Shown in pieces: positions 37,805-48,057 of a stretch of 64,000 nt of DNA. Under the pieces are notes generated by a model, which worked only from the letters and a program-made list of their open reading frames with translations, made no database searches and was not told the DNA's origin. This DNA is from an uncultured Bifidobacteriaceae bacterium. GTDB taxonomy: Bacteria; Bacteroidota; Bacteroidia; Chitinophagales; UBA10324. Numbering within the stretch: position 1 is the first letter of the stretch; each line of letters opens with the position of its first letter. The stretch is taken from contig CAZGBP010000001.1 in the NCBI GenBank assembly GCA_964524035.1, positions 752 through 64,751 of the forward strand, given 5' to 3'. Position numbers and translations under genes: made by a program.

Positions 37805-40666
37805 TTAGTTCGCCAATTCAAACCGTGTTACCAAAAACTGAACAGGCGCTGTCCGTTCATTATCTTTATTAAAAGCATAACTGTAACGAATACCCGCCGA
37901 CACCTGGAATAACCGGAACATCCTCAGGTCAACCATAAACTCTGCGCCCACTGATGAAAGGATATGCTGCACCGTATCAACATTACCAATTGAATAATCG
38001 AAGTATGGATTCAACCTCAACCGTTGAATCATTGCCACGGAACTTAAAGCAAGGTCAGGATACCATAGTGGCAATTCATAATTCATGGCCACACCATACA
38101 ATGATTCAAATGGGGCTGGCTTATAGCCCCGCGGCATATTGAATTTATCGGCAAATCGGTAGGTATTGATCACCTTTTCCAGTTTGTAAGAAAGCCCCAG
38201 GTTAAAGGAATGTGTTTTATAGAATCCCGGGAAATACAAATGTCCGACAGCAGTCAGCCTTTCCGGTTCTTCATTAATTGCCTTTTCAAAAGATGCAGCA
38301 AGCGTTTGTCCCCAACGGGGTTTCACTTCCTGCCTTGACTGCACCCGCAGACGGCTGAACGTAATAACCGGCTCAATGGCATGAAAGAAGGCATGACTCT
38401 CCACTTCGCCTGTACCGGAAGTATCTAAGGCATTCACATCATAATAATGATACCAGCCGCCAAAATCAATTTGGGTTCTGTGTGTGCCCTGCGTCAAGCG
38501 AAATGGCAAAGTTATACCACCTGAAACCACATTTTCCGTCCAGGTGATTTCGCTTGCCTGCGAACTAACCTCATCATACACTTTCCCTTTACGCATCAGG
38601 CCATACTCATATTGCGCATCCAGCACAGGATAGAGCGCAGCATACGTAAACCGCAGATAGGTATGAAAATTATCTTCGTTGGTATTATAGAGGATCCCTA
38701 TTGTGCCTCGCAGGGTGCTCATGATGTTTTGGGTATAAAACTCCGCTCCATATTCCGGAACATTGGGAATGGGAAACCAGCCATAAAGGTTAAAAAGCCC
38801 ATCCGTCATGGCATGGTATTTCTTTATAGAATACGCAGTATCGGCCTTCAGGGCAGACAGGTCCCGGCCTGATGCCTTCAGCAGGGGCACATGAAAATTC
38901 AAATCGGTAGCGGGCACTGTTTGCAGAGGTTGCCAGCTTTGTGTACTGAGTTCCATTTCTTTCAGCCGGTAACCATCAGCAGTGTATTCGCTGAACATTA
39001 ATTTTTTTCCATCCGGCGATACAACAGGATAATAAGCGCCAAAGCGAACGGAGGTGACCCGGAATACTTCCTGAGTTGAAACAAGCACGGCATAAATATT
39101 ATCGATGCCGGTATAGCCTCCAGTAAAGAATACATAATCCCCTTTTGCAAAGGGACGGCTTACCGGAACAGCCGTTTCATCAAGTACAGGAGTCAGAGCG
39201 CCCGTGCTTACCTTCAGCAGGCTGATGCCATTCCCATTATCGGTGAGTGACAGTAAAACGAGCGAGCTGTCATCTTCAGTCCAGCGCGGCTGCGAGAAAT
39301 TGATATTATGCGGGTTAGGGAAGGTCTTGCTCAGTGCGCCGGTCTGTGCATCCAGCACTACCACATTGAACCGGCCGTCTAAAGAAATTTGTACTGCAGC
39401 AATCCATTTGCCGTTGTTGGAAGGCGCTGGAGAAAAATACCGGCTGCGCGAGGTAAGTTGCTTTTTTTCACCCGTTTTAAAATCGTAGGTTTTTATGACG
39501 GAATAATCCTTGTTAAACCAACGCGCGTCAAAAGCTGATTCAGCCCAGGCCATCAAATGGCCGGCTACCGAAGTGGTTTGATGGTCTTCTGAATAAATGC
39601 CGGGCGAAAAAAGTCGCTGTTCCCTGCCATCTGTTGCCCGGTAGTAGGTATTGGTTTCGTTAAACGCATTCTTTAAAACCACTATGGATCCATCGGGCAG
39701 GTAATGCGCAAACCGGTAACTGGTATAAACTGTGGTATTTACCGGTATCAAATCCCTGGATGAGGTGAGTTGCAGATTTTGGTCGGTCACTGTAAAAAGA
39801 CTGTCCAGCTCCTTTACAGTGGCACCATAAAACTGAACCGGAGTGTATCCCATAAATTGCTTCATACTGCGCCCGAAGGGATAGAAGAAGCCCTTTTTCT
39901 GATAGACATCATCGAGTACCTTCAGCCAGATTTGTTCACCGAAGTCGCGGCGCGCTTTAGACGTCATGTAATAACCGAGCCGGTAAGGGTTGGGTACAAA
40001 GTCTTTGTATGAATTCCATGCCGCTTTTTCATATCCATATTGTTTGCCCGACAACAACAGTGCCCGGTATTCCATGTTAAAAGAAGGCAGCCTTCCACGG
40101 CCACCTTTAGTGAAGATGGTTTCGTTTATTACAGCATCTCCTTCTCGAAACCACAGTGGTTGGGTAAACAGGGTATTCAGCAGCCATCCTGTTTGACCCA
40201 TCAGTATCTGGTATGCAAAAGTGAGGCCTTCATTGGATTCAGAAAATTGTTCGGTATGCCGGTATTCATGTATGGTAAGGCCGTCTATCCAGAATACAGG
40301 ACCTAAAAAGAAATTTTGTGGCGGGGTCAGGTAGTATTCATTACGCCAGGGAGCCGGTGTGGAAAATCCGGTGGGCAGCGTGGAAAGGGGTTGGAGAATG
40401 GCAGCTACTTTTTTTGTTTGGCCGTTGCCTGAAAGACTTTGGTCATGTACCTTTTCAAAATTCATGATGGCACCTGCCCGTAAGGCCACCGAATCAAATC
40501 CCTCCGGAAAAATCATTCGACCCGTTGGGGTTCCCATTTGATACCATTTGATGGAAGGTGGATTGAGGCCAAGGCGGCCCTGTGGTTCTTCCTGGGAATT
40601 GGATTGCAATACCATGAATAACAAAAAGAAAAGTATGGAAAGTAGTGGCTTCATACCATGCAGCAT
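37805..40666 (-). CDS. Large secreted protein with an HExxH-like motif and TolB-like beta-propeller repeats
   Basis: 953 aa with a signal peptide. TIHEYRHTEQ (HExxH). The middle region has repeated PxxSPDG(K/S)-type propeller motifs (YYPVVSPDGKKLMF, FSPAPSNNGKWIA). Confidence 0.6.
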   Translation of the reverse strand: MLHGMKPLLSILFFLLFMVLQSNSQEEPQGRLGLNPPSIKWYQMGTPTGRMIFPEGFDSVALRAGAIMNFEKVHDQSLSGNGQTKKVAAILQPLSTLPTGFSTPAPWRNEYYLTPPQNFFLGPVFWIDGLTIHEYRHTEQFSESNEGLTFAYQILMGQTGWLLNTLFTQPLWFREGDAVINETIFTKGGRGRLPSFNMEYRALLLSGKQYGYEKAAWNSYKDFVPNPYRLGYYMTSKARRDFGEQIWLKVLDDVYQKKGFFYPFGRSMKQFMGYTPVQFYGATVKELDSLFTVTDQNLQLTSSRDLIPVNTTVYTSYRFAHYLPDGSIVVLKNAFNETNTYYRATDGREQRLFSPGIYSEDHQTTSVAGHLMAWAESAFDARWFNKDYSVIKTYDFKTGEKKQLTSRSRYFSPAPSNNGKWIAAVQISLDGRFNVVVLDAQTGALSKTFPNPHNINFSQPRWTEDDSSLVLLSLTDNGNGISLLKVSTGALTPVLDETAVPVSRPFAKGDYVFFTGGYTGIDNIYAVLVSTQEVFRVTSVRFGAYYPVVSPDGKKLMFSEYTADGYRLKEMELSTQSWQPLQTVPATDLNFHVPLLKASGRDLSALKADTAYSIKKYHAMTDGLFNLYGWFPIPNVPEYGAEFYTQNIMSTLRGTIGILYNTNEDNFHTYLRFTYAALYPVLDAQYEYGLMRKGKVYDEVSSQASEITWTENVVSGGITLPFRLTQGTHRTQIDFGGWYHYYDVNALDTSGTGEVESHAFFHAIEPVITFSRLRVQSRQEVKPRWGQTLAASFEKAINEEPERLTAVGHLYFPGFYKTHSFNLGLSYKLEKVINTYRFADKFNMPRGYKPAPFESLYGVAMNYELPLWYPDLALSSVAMIQRLRLNPYFDYSIGNVDTVQHILSSVGAEFMVDLRMFRLFQVSAGIRYSYAFNKDNERTAPVQFLVTRFELAN

Positions 40667-40875
40667 ACTCTAAACAACGCATGAATATTCAAAAGTAACA
40701 GCTTTCAATAACTATTTTTAACAGTCACTGCCGGCATTCATAAAATCAACAGGCGGCCAATGGTTATTTCATACAGCTTTACAGCCTCAATATTGCCTGT
40801 CAATTCAAATTCCTGTGGTTTATACCGAAGGATACAAATATTCACTTGTTGTGAAACCAACACTACAGTCTGTAG

Positions 40876-42138
40876 TCATCTGCTTTTTATGATCTCCAAT
40901 GCGCTGTCATATGACCTGGAGAAGTCAGCTAATTTATTGGAAGTCACCACGTCAGGCAGCAGCGGCCCATCATGGTTTTTCCATGTTTCATGATATTTTG
41001 TGGAATAGGTTATCCTGATATTTGAATACGGCAGGACAAACGATTTTATTTCACCAAAGTGGTTTATGTTACCACCGGTAGGCTCTCCCACAAACGTTGC
41101 ATTAGTGGTTTTCTTAAGTTCCACGGCATTCATGAGTGAAGAAGACATGACGGTTCTGCCAATCACCACAAAAAAACGTTCCTTCGTATTTAATTCGCTT
41201 TTCCTTATTCTGTCAATAAATGGTTGCAGAACCCCGGAATTTCCTCCGCTGTTCATCCTGAGATCCAAAACAATTTTTTCCGGCTTTAGCTTTTCAATCG
41301 TATCAAACATTTTTTGATTGAAAACACTAAAAGGTTCCTCTTCATTCTCGCTGCAATGCTGATAATTAAAGTATAAAATGCTGCTTTCAGTATCCATCCT
41401 GAACCAGTAATTTGATTGTGCTGCATGTGCTAAGAGTGTTTCGTACTGCGCAGCATAGTTCCAGTTTGTTACGTTGTTTTTTTCTGCCGGGATAATCGTA
41501 ACGCTAACAGTATCATTGTCAAGCGATAAGAGTTGAAACTTGATGGAAGACAGCTGTCTGATGATATCGAGGCCATACAGTATTTCCGCATAGTTAAAGT
41601 AGTAAGTTTCAAAGAATCTGAAGTAGGAAGGGTTGTCCTGCTTAATCAGATTCCTGTACAACGAGTCAATCGTATCCCATGATACGCCATCAATTGCTAA
41701 GACCCGGTACAGCAGGTACTTTTTGTTTGCGCTGTCAGCGGCAACGATGGTCATTCCTTCATCAAACCACCTGAATTTAAACGGAATCACCCACCTGTCA
41801 TCCGGAAACAATATCGTATGCTCATCTCCGATGAGCGCATTGATCTTCATCAGTTCAACGGTAAAATGGCTTTGGTCCATTGCGGGTAACAAAAGAATCA
41901 GCGAGTCTATCTTTTGATTGAATGCCGGCTTACTGATTTTTGTGAACGGATTAATATGCTTTGAGGAGATGACCTTTCTATAATGGTTTGCGTCGGCAAT
42001 GAGCCCATCCTTGCTCAGGTCACGCTGGGCGTGAGCCGGTATGGAAAGCACCAGGAGCATAGCTACCAAGCTTTTAGCAAAATGGGTTGTAGCATTATAT
42101 ATGGCCTGTATCACGCAAAAGCTATTTGTAACGTTCAC
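40876..42138 (-). CDS. S41 family peptidase
   Basis: 420 aa. DLRMNSGGNSG and GRTVMSSSLMNAVELK...FVGEPTGG match the S41 active-site regions. The start is uncertain (GTG at 42138). Confidence 0.75.
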   Translation of the reverse strand: MNVTNSFCVIQAIYNATTHFAKSLVAMLLVLSIPAHAQRDLSKDGLIADANHYRKVISSKHINPFTKISKPAFNQKIDSLILLLPAMDQSHFTVELMKINALIGDEHTILFPDDRWVIPFKFRWFDEGMTIVAADSANKKYLLYRVLAIDGVSWDTIDSLYRNLIKQDNPSYFRFFETYYFNYAEILYGLDIIRQLSSIKFQLLSLDNDTVSVTIIPAEKNNVTNWNYAAQYETLLAHAAQSNYWFRMDTESSILYFNYQHCSENEEEPFSVFNQKMFDTIEKLKPEKIVLDLRMNSGGNSGVLQPFIDRIRKSELNTKERFFVVIGRTVMSSSLMNAVELKKTTNATFVGEPTGGNINHFGEIKSFVLPYSNIRITYSTKYHETWKNHDGPLLPDVVTSNKLADFSRSYDSALEIIKSR

Positions 42139-42295
42139 TATCCGGTTTGAAGATAGAAAGCTATTGATCTAATCTTAATGAAGAGTCCGGTTAAATTTGC
42201 TTGTTGAACACGCTGGATTTTATTTGTGTAATATAAAACCGCTTCTTCAATATTGCCCTGTAAACTTATACCTTTGGCAACCCAAACTCCGGACT

Positions 42296-42913
42296 ATGAA
42301 TAAGTCATTCCACTTCATTGCTGCTATCTTGCTCTGCTGTATTTTTCTAACTAATGCGACGGCACAGGATGATAAGCAGGCGGCGAAAGACAAACGCACC
42401 TATTTCGGCCTCTTTGCCGGATTGAACAGCGGGAAAACTAATTTTGAACCCGAGCTTTATGAATCCAGTGCAAATCTCGGGTACCTGTTCGGTTTTTTTG
42501 TAAGGTCTGGTGGCTGGGGCTATATTCAAAGTGGTTTAAACTATCAGAAACTGTCGCAGGATCTTACTACCGGCAGCTCCTTTCCTATAGACGAATCTGA
42601 TAACCTGAATGTAGGCCGCATTGAAATTCCGGCTTTTGTCGGTTTTAATGTTTTGCCTATCGGGAAAAATCTTCTCAATATCCGTGTTTTTGCCGGGCCC
42701 ACTTTTTCCTATGCAGTCGGCGTAAGTGACAATACGCTTGGCTTCGAAGCCGGCGACCTCAACAGGCTTCAGATGGACCTTGGGGGAGGAATCGGTTTTG
42801 ATGTACTTATCATGAAACTTGATATAGGCTATAATTATGGACTGGCTAATTTCATGAATGGTCAGACGGGGCATTTGGGGTATGGGTATGTTTCATTTGG
42901 ACTTGGATTTTAG
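42296..42913 (+). CDS. Small outer-membrane beta-barrel (porin family) protein
   Basis: Start moved to ATG 42296 (MNKSFHFIAAILLCCIFLTNATAQ). Beta-strand pattern ending YGYVSFGLGF. Confidence 0.7.
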   Translation: MNKSFHFIAAILLCCIFLTNATAQDDKQAAKDKRTYFGLFAGLNSGKTNFEPELYESSANLGYLFGFFVRSGGWGYIQSGLNYQKLSQDLTTGSSFPIDESDNLNVGRIEIPAFVGFNVLPIGKNLLNIRVFAGPTFSYAVGVSDNTLGFEAGDLNRLQMDLGGGIGFDVLIMKLDIGYNYGLANFMNGQTGHLGYGYVSFGLGF

Positions 42914-42925
42914 CGGATAAGGGGG

Positions 42926-43077
42926 AGAGACTTAGGATGTAAGACTTAGGACTTAAGACGTTCATTGTCCAACGTCCTGCGTCCTATCTCCTACATCCTA
43001 TGTCCTACGTCCTATGTCCTATGTCCTACGTCTTACGTCTTATGTCTTATGTCTTACATCCTGCGTCTTAAGTCTTG
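42926..43077. repeat. Inverted heptamer array: about 5 TARGACN heptads, a 12-nt spacer, then 15 NGTCYTA heptads
   Basis: 42973-43077 reads as 15 consecutive heptads (CGTCCTG CGTCCTA TCTCCTA CATCCTA TGTCCTA CGTCCTA TGTCCTA TGTCCTA CGTCTTA CGTCTTA TGTCTTA TGTCTTA CATCCTG CGTCTTA AGTCTTG). 42926-42960 carries the complementary heptads. Confidence 0.9.
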
Positions 43078-43129
43078 CAATACATACTTCCTTCCTGCAC
43101 AAAAAATTACCTTTGACATTTCTTGCATA

Positions 43130-45574
43130 ATGCTCCGAAACCCAATTTTCCTGCTAAGTATATGTTGTTCATTGCTGGCCATGAACCGCCTAACCGCGCA
43201 GGATAAAAAGCCCGTTTCCGCAACCCGCATCACGACAGCCCCGAAAATAGACGGGCAATTGAATGATGCCTGCTGGAGTTTGGGCACACCCTATGCAGAC
43301 TTTATCGAATCATCGCCCACCTTCGGGCTTACCGCCAGGCACCGTACGGAAGTGACCATCGTGTACGACAACAATGCCATCTACCTTGGCGCGAAGTGCT
43401 TTATGCCCACCGACAGCATCTGGATGCAACTGACACAACGGGACGATGTTTTGGAAACAACAGATGTATTTGCCATTGGCCTGGATACTTATCATGATGG
43501 TCAGAATGCCCTTGCCTTTGGCGTTTCGCCCCGGAATGTGCAGGTTGACTTCAAACTCTTTCTCAATACAGAGAGCGACTTTTCCTGGGATGCCGTGTGG
43601 GACAGTAAGGTATACCTCGCAGACGATGGCTGGTATGTAGAAATGAAAATCCCATATTCTGCTTTACGCTTCCCTAAAATTCAAACGCAGGAATGGTACA
43701 TTGATTTTTATCGCGTGGTACGCAGCAGCCGTTTTGTTTACCATTCCGCCAGTGTAGACCCGGAGGCAAATGGGCTTGTATCACAGTTTCAACCGCTGAC
43801 AGGCGTCACCGATATTCAGCCTCCCCTGCGCCTTTCCTTATCGCCCTACGCAACCGGCTATGCCAATTTCTACACCGATAAACAAAATGATATCTCCGAA
43901 AGCAACCTCGATTTTAAAGGGGGCATGGACCTTAAATGGGGTATCACCGAAAGCTTTACCCTGGATGCTACGCTCATTCCGGATTTTGGCCAGGTACAGT
44001 CTGACAATATCATCTATAACCTTACCGCATTCGAAGTGCAGTACGATGAAAACCGTCCCTTCTTTACCGAAGGTACCGAGCTGTTTACCAAAGCCGAACT
44101 GTTCTATTCCCGCCGCATAGGTTTTGTTTCCGACTATTTCGAAGAGCATGGCGACAGCACCCTGACGCTGGTGAATCCACCGATCAACTCGCAACTGCTG
44201 AATGCTACCAAATTTTCGGGACGTAACCGCAACGGCCTTGGCATTGGCGTATTTAATGCTGTTACCGGGAACACCTATGCCACCGCCATAGATGAGGAAG
44301 GCAATACGAAAGAAGTACTCGTGGATCCGCTCACGAATTCCAATGTACTGGTATTTGATCAGGCATTAAAGAATAACAGTTACGTCACCTTTACCAACAC
44401 CAACGTTATTCGGGATCAAAAAGGCAGGGATGCGAATGTGGCCAATATCATGTCGTTCATCGCCAATAAAAAACAAACCTATGCCGGGTTCGGATATGTG
44501 GCCATAAGCACCCTGATGAATGAAACAGACAGCAGCAACAAAATTGACTTTACCAATGGCTTCCTGTATCAGCTCGAATTTCAGAAGATATCGGGCAATT
44601 TCAAGTTCAACTTTTCCCACCTGGCCATCAGTGAAGACTATAACATCAACGACCTGGGTTTTCTGAATGTCAGCAATTACAATGAAGATGAAGCCAATAT
44701 TTTCTATGATATCTACGAACCCTTTGGTAAATTTCTGGAGTTCCATTCGCAAACCAACCTCGATTACAATTACCGGAACAGCGACGGTGCCTATATCGGC
44801 TTATCATTGAACGGAAGCGCTTATATAGTAAACAGGAACTACCTGGGCTATTTCACCTACTATTATGCAGCGCCCTTTGGTTTGCATGATTATTACGAGC
44901 CAAGGGTGGAAAACCGGTACTATGCCGAACCCGCAGTATATGAAATCGGGGCAGGCTTCAGTACCGATTACCGGAAACACTTTGCCCTCGATCTCGAAGG
45001 CGGCCCGGCCATCTGGAGTGAGCCCGGCAGGGTCAAGTACCGCTGGCAAATCAAACCGCGTATCCGCATCGGCGACCGGATATTCCTGGTTCCTCTAAAT
45101 GAAACACACCTGTACTATAACAATGTGGGTTATGTGAGTATTGACTCTTTGTCAAATATCATTTTCGGAAAAAGAGATGTAAGTGAATTCGACAACAGCA
45201 TTACCGGAACCTACATCTTCAACAGCAACATGTCAATTGGTTTTAAGCTGCGCTACTATACCCAGAAAGGAACCTATAGTGAATTCTATACACTGGAAGA
45301 CGACGGTTCACTCAGTGCATCGGAATACAATACCAACAGCAACTTCAACTTCAATGCCTGGAATATTGATTTTAATTTCAGTTGGTGGTTCCTGCCCGGC
45401 AGCGAAATCAATATCGTTTGGAAGAATTCCATTGTTGGTTTCGATGATCAGTCGCAGTTAAGCTTTACGGAGAATTTCGAACATACTTTCGATTTTCCGC
45501 AGAACAACAATTTTTCCATCCGCATCCGGTATTATCTCGATTACCAGGATGTGAAACGATGGGTTAAAGGATAA
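43130..45574 (+). CDS. DUF5916-like outer-membrane protein with N-terminal CBM9-like domain
   Basis: Start moved to ATG 43130 (MLRNPIFLLSICCSLLAMNRLTAQ). ITTAPKIDGQLNDACW is typical of the CBM9-like module. A long beta-rich C-terminal region follows. Confidence 0.7.
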   Translation: MLRNPIFLLSICCSLLAMNRLTAQDKKPVSATRITTAPKIDGQLNDACWSLGTPYADFIESSPTFGLTARHRTEVTIVYDNNAIYLGAKCFMPTDSIWMQLTQRDDVLETTDVFAIGLDTYHDGQNALAFGVSPRNVQVDFKLFLNTESDFSWDAVWDSKVYLADDGWYVEMKIPYSALRFPKIQTQEWYIDFYRVVRSSRFVYHSASVDPEANGLVSQFQPLTGVTDIQPPLRLSLSPYATGYANFYTDKQNDISESNLDFKGGMDLKWGITESFTLDATLIPDFGQVQSDNIIYNLTAFEVQYDENRPFFTEGTELFTKAELFYSRRIGFVSDYFEEHGDSTLTLVNPPINSQLLNATKFSGRNRNGLGIGVFNAVTGNTYATAIDEEGNTKEVLVDPLTNSNVLVFDQALKNNSYVTFTNTNVIRDQKGRDANVANIMSFIANKKQTYAGFGYVAISTLMNETDSSNKIDFTNGFLYQLEFQKISGNFKFNFSHLAISEDYNINDLGFLNVSNYNEDEANIFYDIYEPFGKFLEFHSQTNLDYNYRNSDGAYIGLSLNGSAYIVNRNYLGYFTYYYAAPFGLHDYYEPRVENRYYAEPAVYEIGAGFSTDYRKHFALDLEGGPAIWSEPGRVKYRWQIKPRIRIGDRIFLVPLNETHLYYNNVGYVSIDSLSNIIFGKRDVSEFDNSITGTYIFNSNMSIGFKLRYYTQKGTYSEFYTLEDDGSLSASEYNTNSNFNFNAWNIDFNFSWWFLPGSEINIVWKNSIVGFDDQSQLSFTENFEHTFDFPQNNNFSIRIRYYLDYQDVKRWVKG

Positions 45575-45595
45575 CCGCCGCAATAAGTTGCAGCA

Positions 45596-46342
45596 TCAAT
45601 TCTGTTTATTCAGTTCTTCCGATTTCTCCGCAGCCTTTTTTTCCGCTTTACCCTTTCCTATCGGGATAGCGGCGCTAAAGTAAAACGCCGAGTTGCGCTG
45701 ACTGCCTTCCATCACTTTGTTCACATCTACAAAACCAAAATAGTATCGGGCATTTAAAGACATTCCTTTGCCTTGCTGCAGCTTGTAGCCAAGGCCAACT
45801 AAACCTCCTGCATCCAGCCGTGTGTAGTTATCCTTCACATCGTTCTTATACTTCAGATCATCGCCATCAATTTCCTGGATAAAATCATCAAACCCTGTAT
45901 ACCGCAATCCTAACTGAATACCTCCCTCCGCATGCAGGTAGTCAATAAACCGGTACTTTACAGTTCCGGGTACGTTGAAGTAATTGATTTTTCGCTGAAC
46001 GGTTCCGCCGTAGAAAACGGTATCCAGATTGGCATTATCAAGCGAATAAGGGGTAAGCCCTTCCGTACCCATTTTAGATTTAACAAGTACACCGGTGGCA
46101 ATAAAAAGTTTACTGTTCACTTTAAAATCAAAATAAAAACCAAGCTGCCAGTTCAGCATCATTTCCGACCCCGGCGTATTCGACATATTGAGCAAACATC
46201 CACCGCCATCCAGCCCAAACTCCAGCCAGTCTGAATTCAGTTTATCACCAAGCAGCAAAGAAATCAAAACCTGCGATTTAGCGGAAGGGCTAAACGCAAC
46301 AAAGAGCATCGTAAGCAGAATCAGGAATATTTTTTTGTTCAT
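45596..46342 (-). CDS. Outer-membrane beta-barrel (porin family) protein
   Basis: 248 aa. Signal peptide MNKKIFLILLTMLFVAFSPSAKSQ and a beta-strand pattern. Confidence 0.65.
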   Translation of the reverse strand: MNKKIFLILLTMLFVAFSPSAKSQVLISLLLGDKLNSDWLEFGLDGGGCLLNMSNTPGSEMMLNWQLGFYFDFKVNSKLFIATGVLVKSKMGTEGLTPYSLDNANLDTVFYGGTVQRKINYFNVPGTVKYRFIDYLHAEGGIQLGLRYTGFDDFIQEIDGDDLKYKNDVKDNYTRLDAGGLVGLGYKLQQGKGMSLNARYYFGFVDVNKVMEGSQRNSAFYFSAAIPIGKGKAEKKAAEKSEELNKQN

Positions 46343-46429
46343 GGAGTAATTTTTAGTCGTTGGAATACCAAACTATTTTGGTGTTAAGATATACAATATT
46401 ACTATTGCCCGGTTTATGAGGACAGCAGC

Positions 46430-46597
46430 GTGTGTACGACAATTCGTTCATCTTGTCAGGCAATGGTTGGTGGGTTAATTTGCTAAATGTTTAAACTGCA
46501 GCGGCGAAGCCGATCACTTGCTATGCTGTATTCAATATACTGCTTTACTCACTTTCTTAATTGTCCCAATAATCTATATCCAGTTTGTCGTACACCC
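46430..46597 (-). mobile_element. MITE-like element, copy B (168 bp, inverted relative to copy A)
   Basis: The reverse complement aligns with 10765-10939 along its length. Ends GTGTGTACGACAA... and ...TTGTCGTACACCC are terminal inverted repeats. Core GCGGCGAAGCCGAT. Confidence 0.6.
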
Positions 46598-46672
46598 AAT
46601 GCAGCCGCCCCAAGCAGGTTTCATCCTAAACCCCAATATTATGGCCTTAAAATGATGATTGATCGACTCGCT

Positions 46673-47785
46673 TCAATCCATTCGAACAGGGTAACCTAAC
46701 CTGTTCACAATATCAGCAGCCATTTCATTCACATACTGCACGGTTTCCGGATGAATCTCGTAAGCGTGTTTTTCGCGCGGATTGCCTGATAGAAATTTTT
46801 CGAAAGCAGGAACGGCATTTTCAAAACCACGCATTCCAAAGGCCTCATATAGCTTTCTCAGGCTGCCGATCTTGTCTTTCATAAATTCTTCCATTCTGAT
46901 CTCATAAAACAGAGCTGATCCAAAATCTTCGCGGGCTTTGAAATAGGATTGCATAGCGATGGTATAAAACCTGGCCACATTCCTTCTGGTAAAATCTGCC
47001 GGCACCTGCTGCAACTGAACGCCGGGAAAAATGGCAAGCAGGAAATGATAGAGTGATTCCACCACCACATAGGGATTGCGGTAGATGAAAATGAAACGGG
47101 CATCCGGGTAAAGATCCCTGATCAGTTGTACTCTTGGAATATTCTGAGGATTCTTACTTACATACCGGCTGCCTTTTGTATTCAGCAATGATTTAATCAA
47201 CATTTTCTTAAACGCACTCTTCCATTGGATGATGTCGTGCTCCGGCAAAGAACCGGTAACGTATTCATGGTCTATGATGTAGTCAAACTCTTTCGGAAAT
47301 AAAAAGAAATTGTAAATGCTGAACGGCTGCAGGTTGGCCAATGCGAATTCTTCTTCCTGCGGGAAATCCATATTCATGGAAACATTGTCAAATGGCCTCT
47401 TATCAGGAACAATAGCATTAAACATAGGCCCCAGCCACCATTTCTGGCTGAGCACACAGTGTGGAAAGACGGCATGTAACGTGCTGGTAAATCCTGCCTG
47501 CGGGTCCTGGCATAAGAGGTTGTGCAACAAGGTGGTTCCACTCCTGTTGAAACCAATGATAAATACAGGCGGCTCGCTGATGGCATAAGTTCCGATCTTC
47601 CGTCCCCATATCAGCTTTTCGATCAGGTTAAAAAGAACAAAAATCAGGGATACAATAAAGGACAACACCAGTTTCATATAGTATTTAGGTTCCGCCCGGT
47701 GCATACGCAGCACTTTAATAATATTACCCGGTGTGGTACCGGCTAAAGAAGTAATCGGAAATCGGAAACTTTTTCCCCGTATCAT
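46673..47785 (-). CDS. Sulfotransferase family protein
   Basis: 370 aa. PAPS 5'-phosphosulfate loop GFNRSGTTLLHNLL and the later RYVSKNPQN...RNPYVVVES region. Confidence 0.8.
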   Translation of the reverse strand: MIRGKSFRFPITSLAGTTPGNIIKVLRMHRAEPKYYMKLVLSFIVSLIFVLFNLIEKLIWGRKIGTYAISEPPVFIIGFNRSGTTLLHNLLCQDPQAGFTSTLHAVFPHCVLSQKWWLGPMFNAIVPDKRPFDNVSMNMDFPQEEEFALANLQPFSIYNFFLFPKEFDYIIDHEYVTGSLPEHDIIQWKSAFKKMLIKSLLNTKGSRYVSKNPQNIPRVQLIRDLYPDARFIFIYRNPYVVVESLYHFLLAIFPGVQLQQVPADFTRRNVARFYTIAMQSYFKAREDFGSALFYEIRMEEFMKDKIGSLRKLYEAFGMRGFENAVPAFEKFLSGNPREKHAYEIHPETVQYVNEMAADIVNRLGYPVRMD

Positions 47786-48057
47786 ACCTGATCTGTTTAC
47801 TTGCTGTTATTACAACCTTGTTATCAGATTTATGCTGAAAACAAATACTTCATTAAATGGGTTATCCGTATTTCAAAGGTAAAATTGTTTCTGCTGAAAG
47901 GATATGTTCCCTATCATTGGAAATTTGCAAACTGCAGCAGCAATACTGAAGTGAAAAGAGAACAAGCTTTTGGATAATGTGCGTTTGGTATGAATGGAAC
48001 CTTTCCGGAACAACGAAAGGTCATACAGCGCACCCTCCGATTATTAAAACCGAAAAG

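Noticed and set aside
40760-40993. 77-aa plus-strand ORF between the 953-aa gene and the S41 peptidase
   Set aside because: It overlaps the 3' end of the S41 gene and has no recognisable features or start context. It is likely spurious.
42965-43129. N-terminal extension MSNVLRPISYILCPTSYVLCPTSYVL... of the DUF5916-like ORF
   Set aside because: It is the in-frame translation of the heptamer array (21-nt periodicity). The signal peptide starts at ATG 43130.
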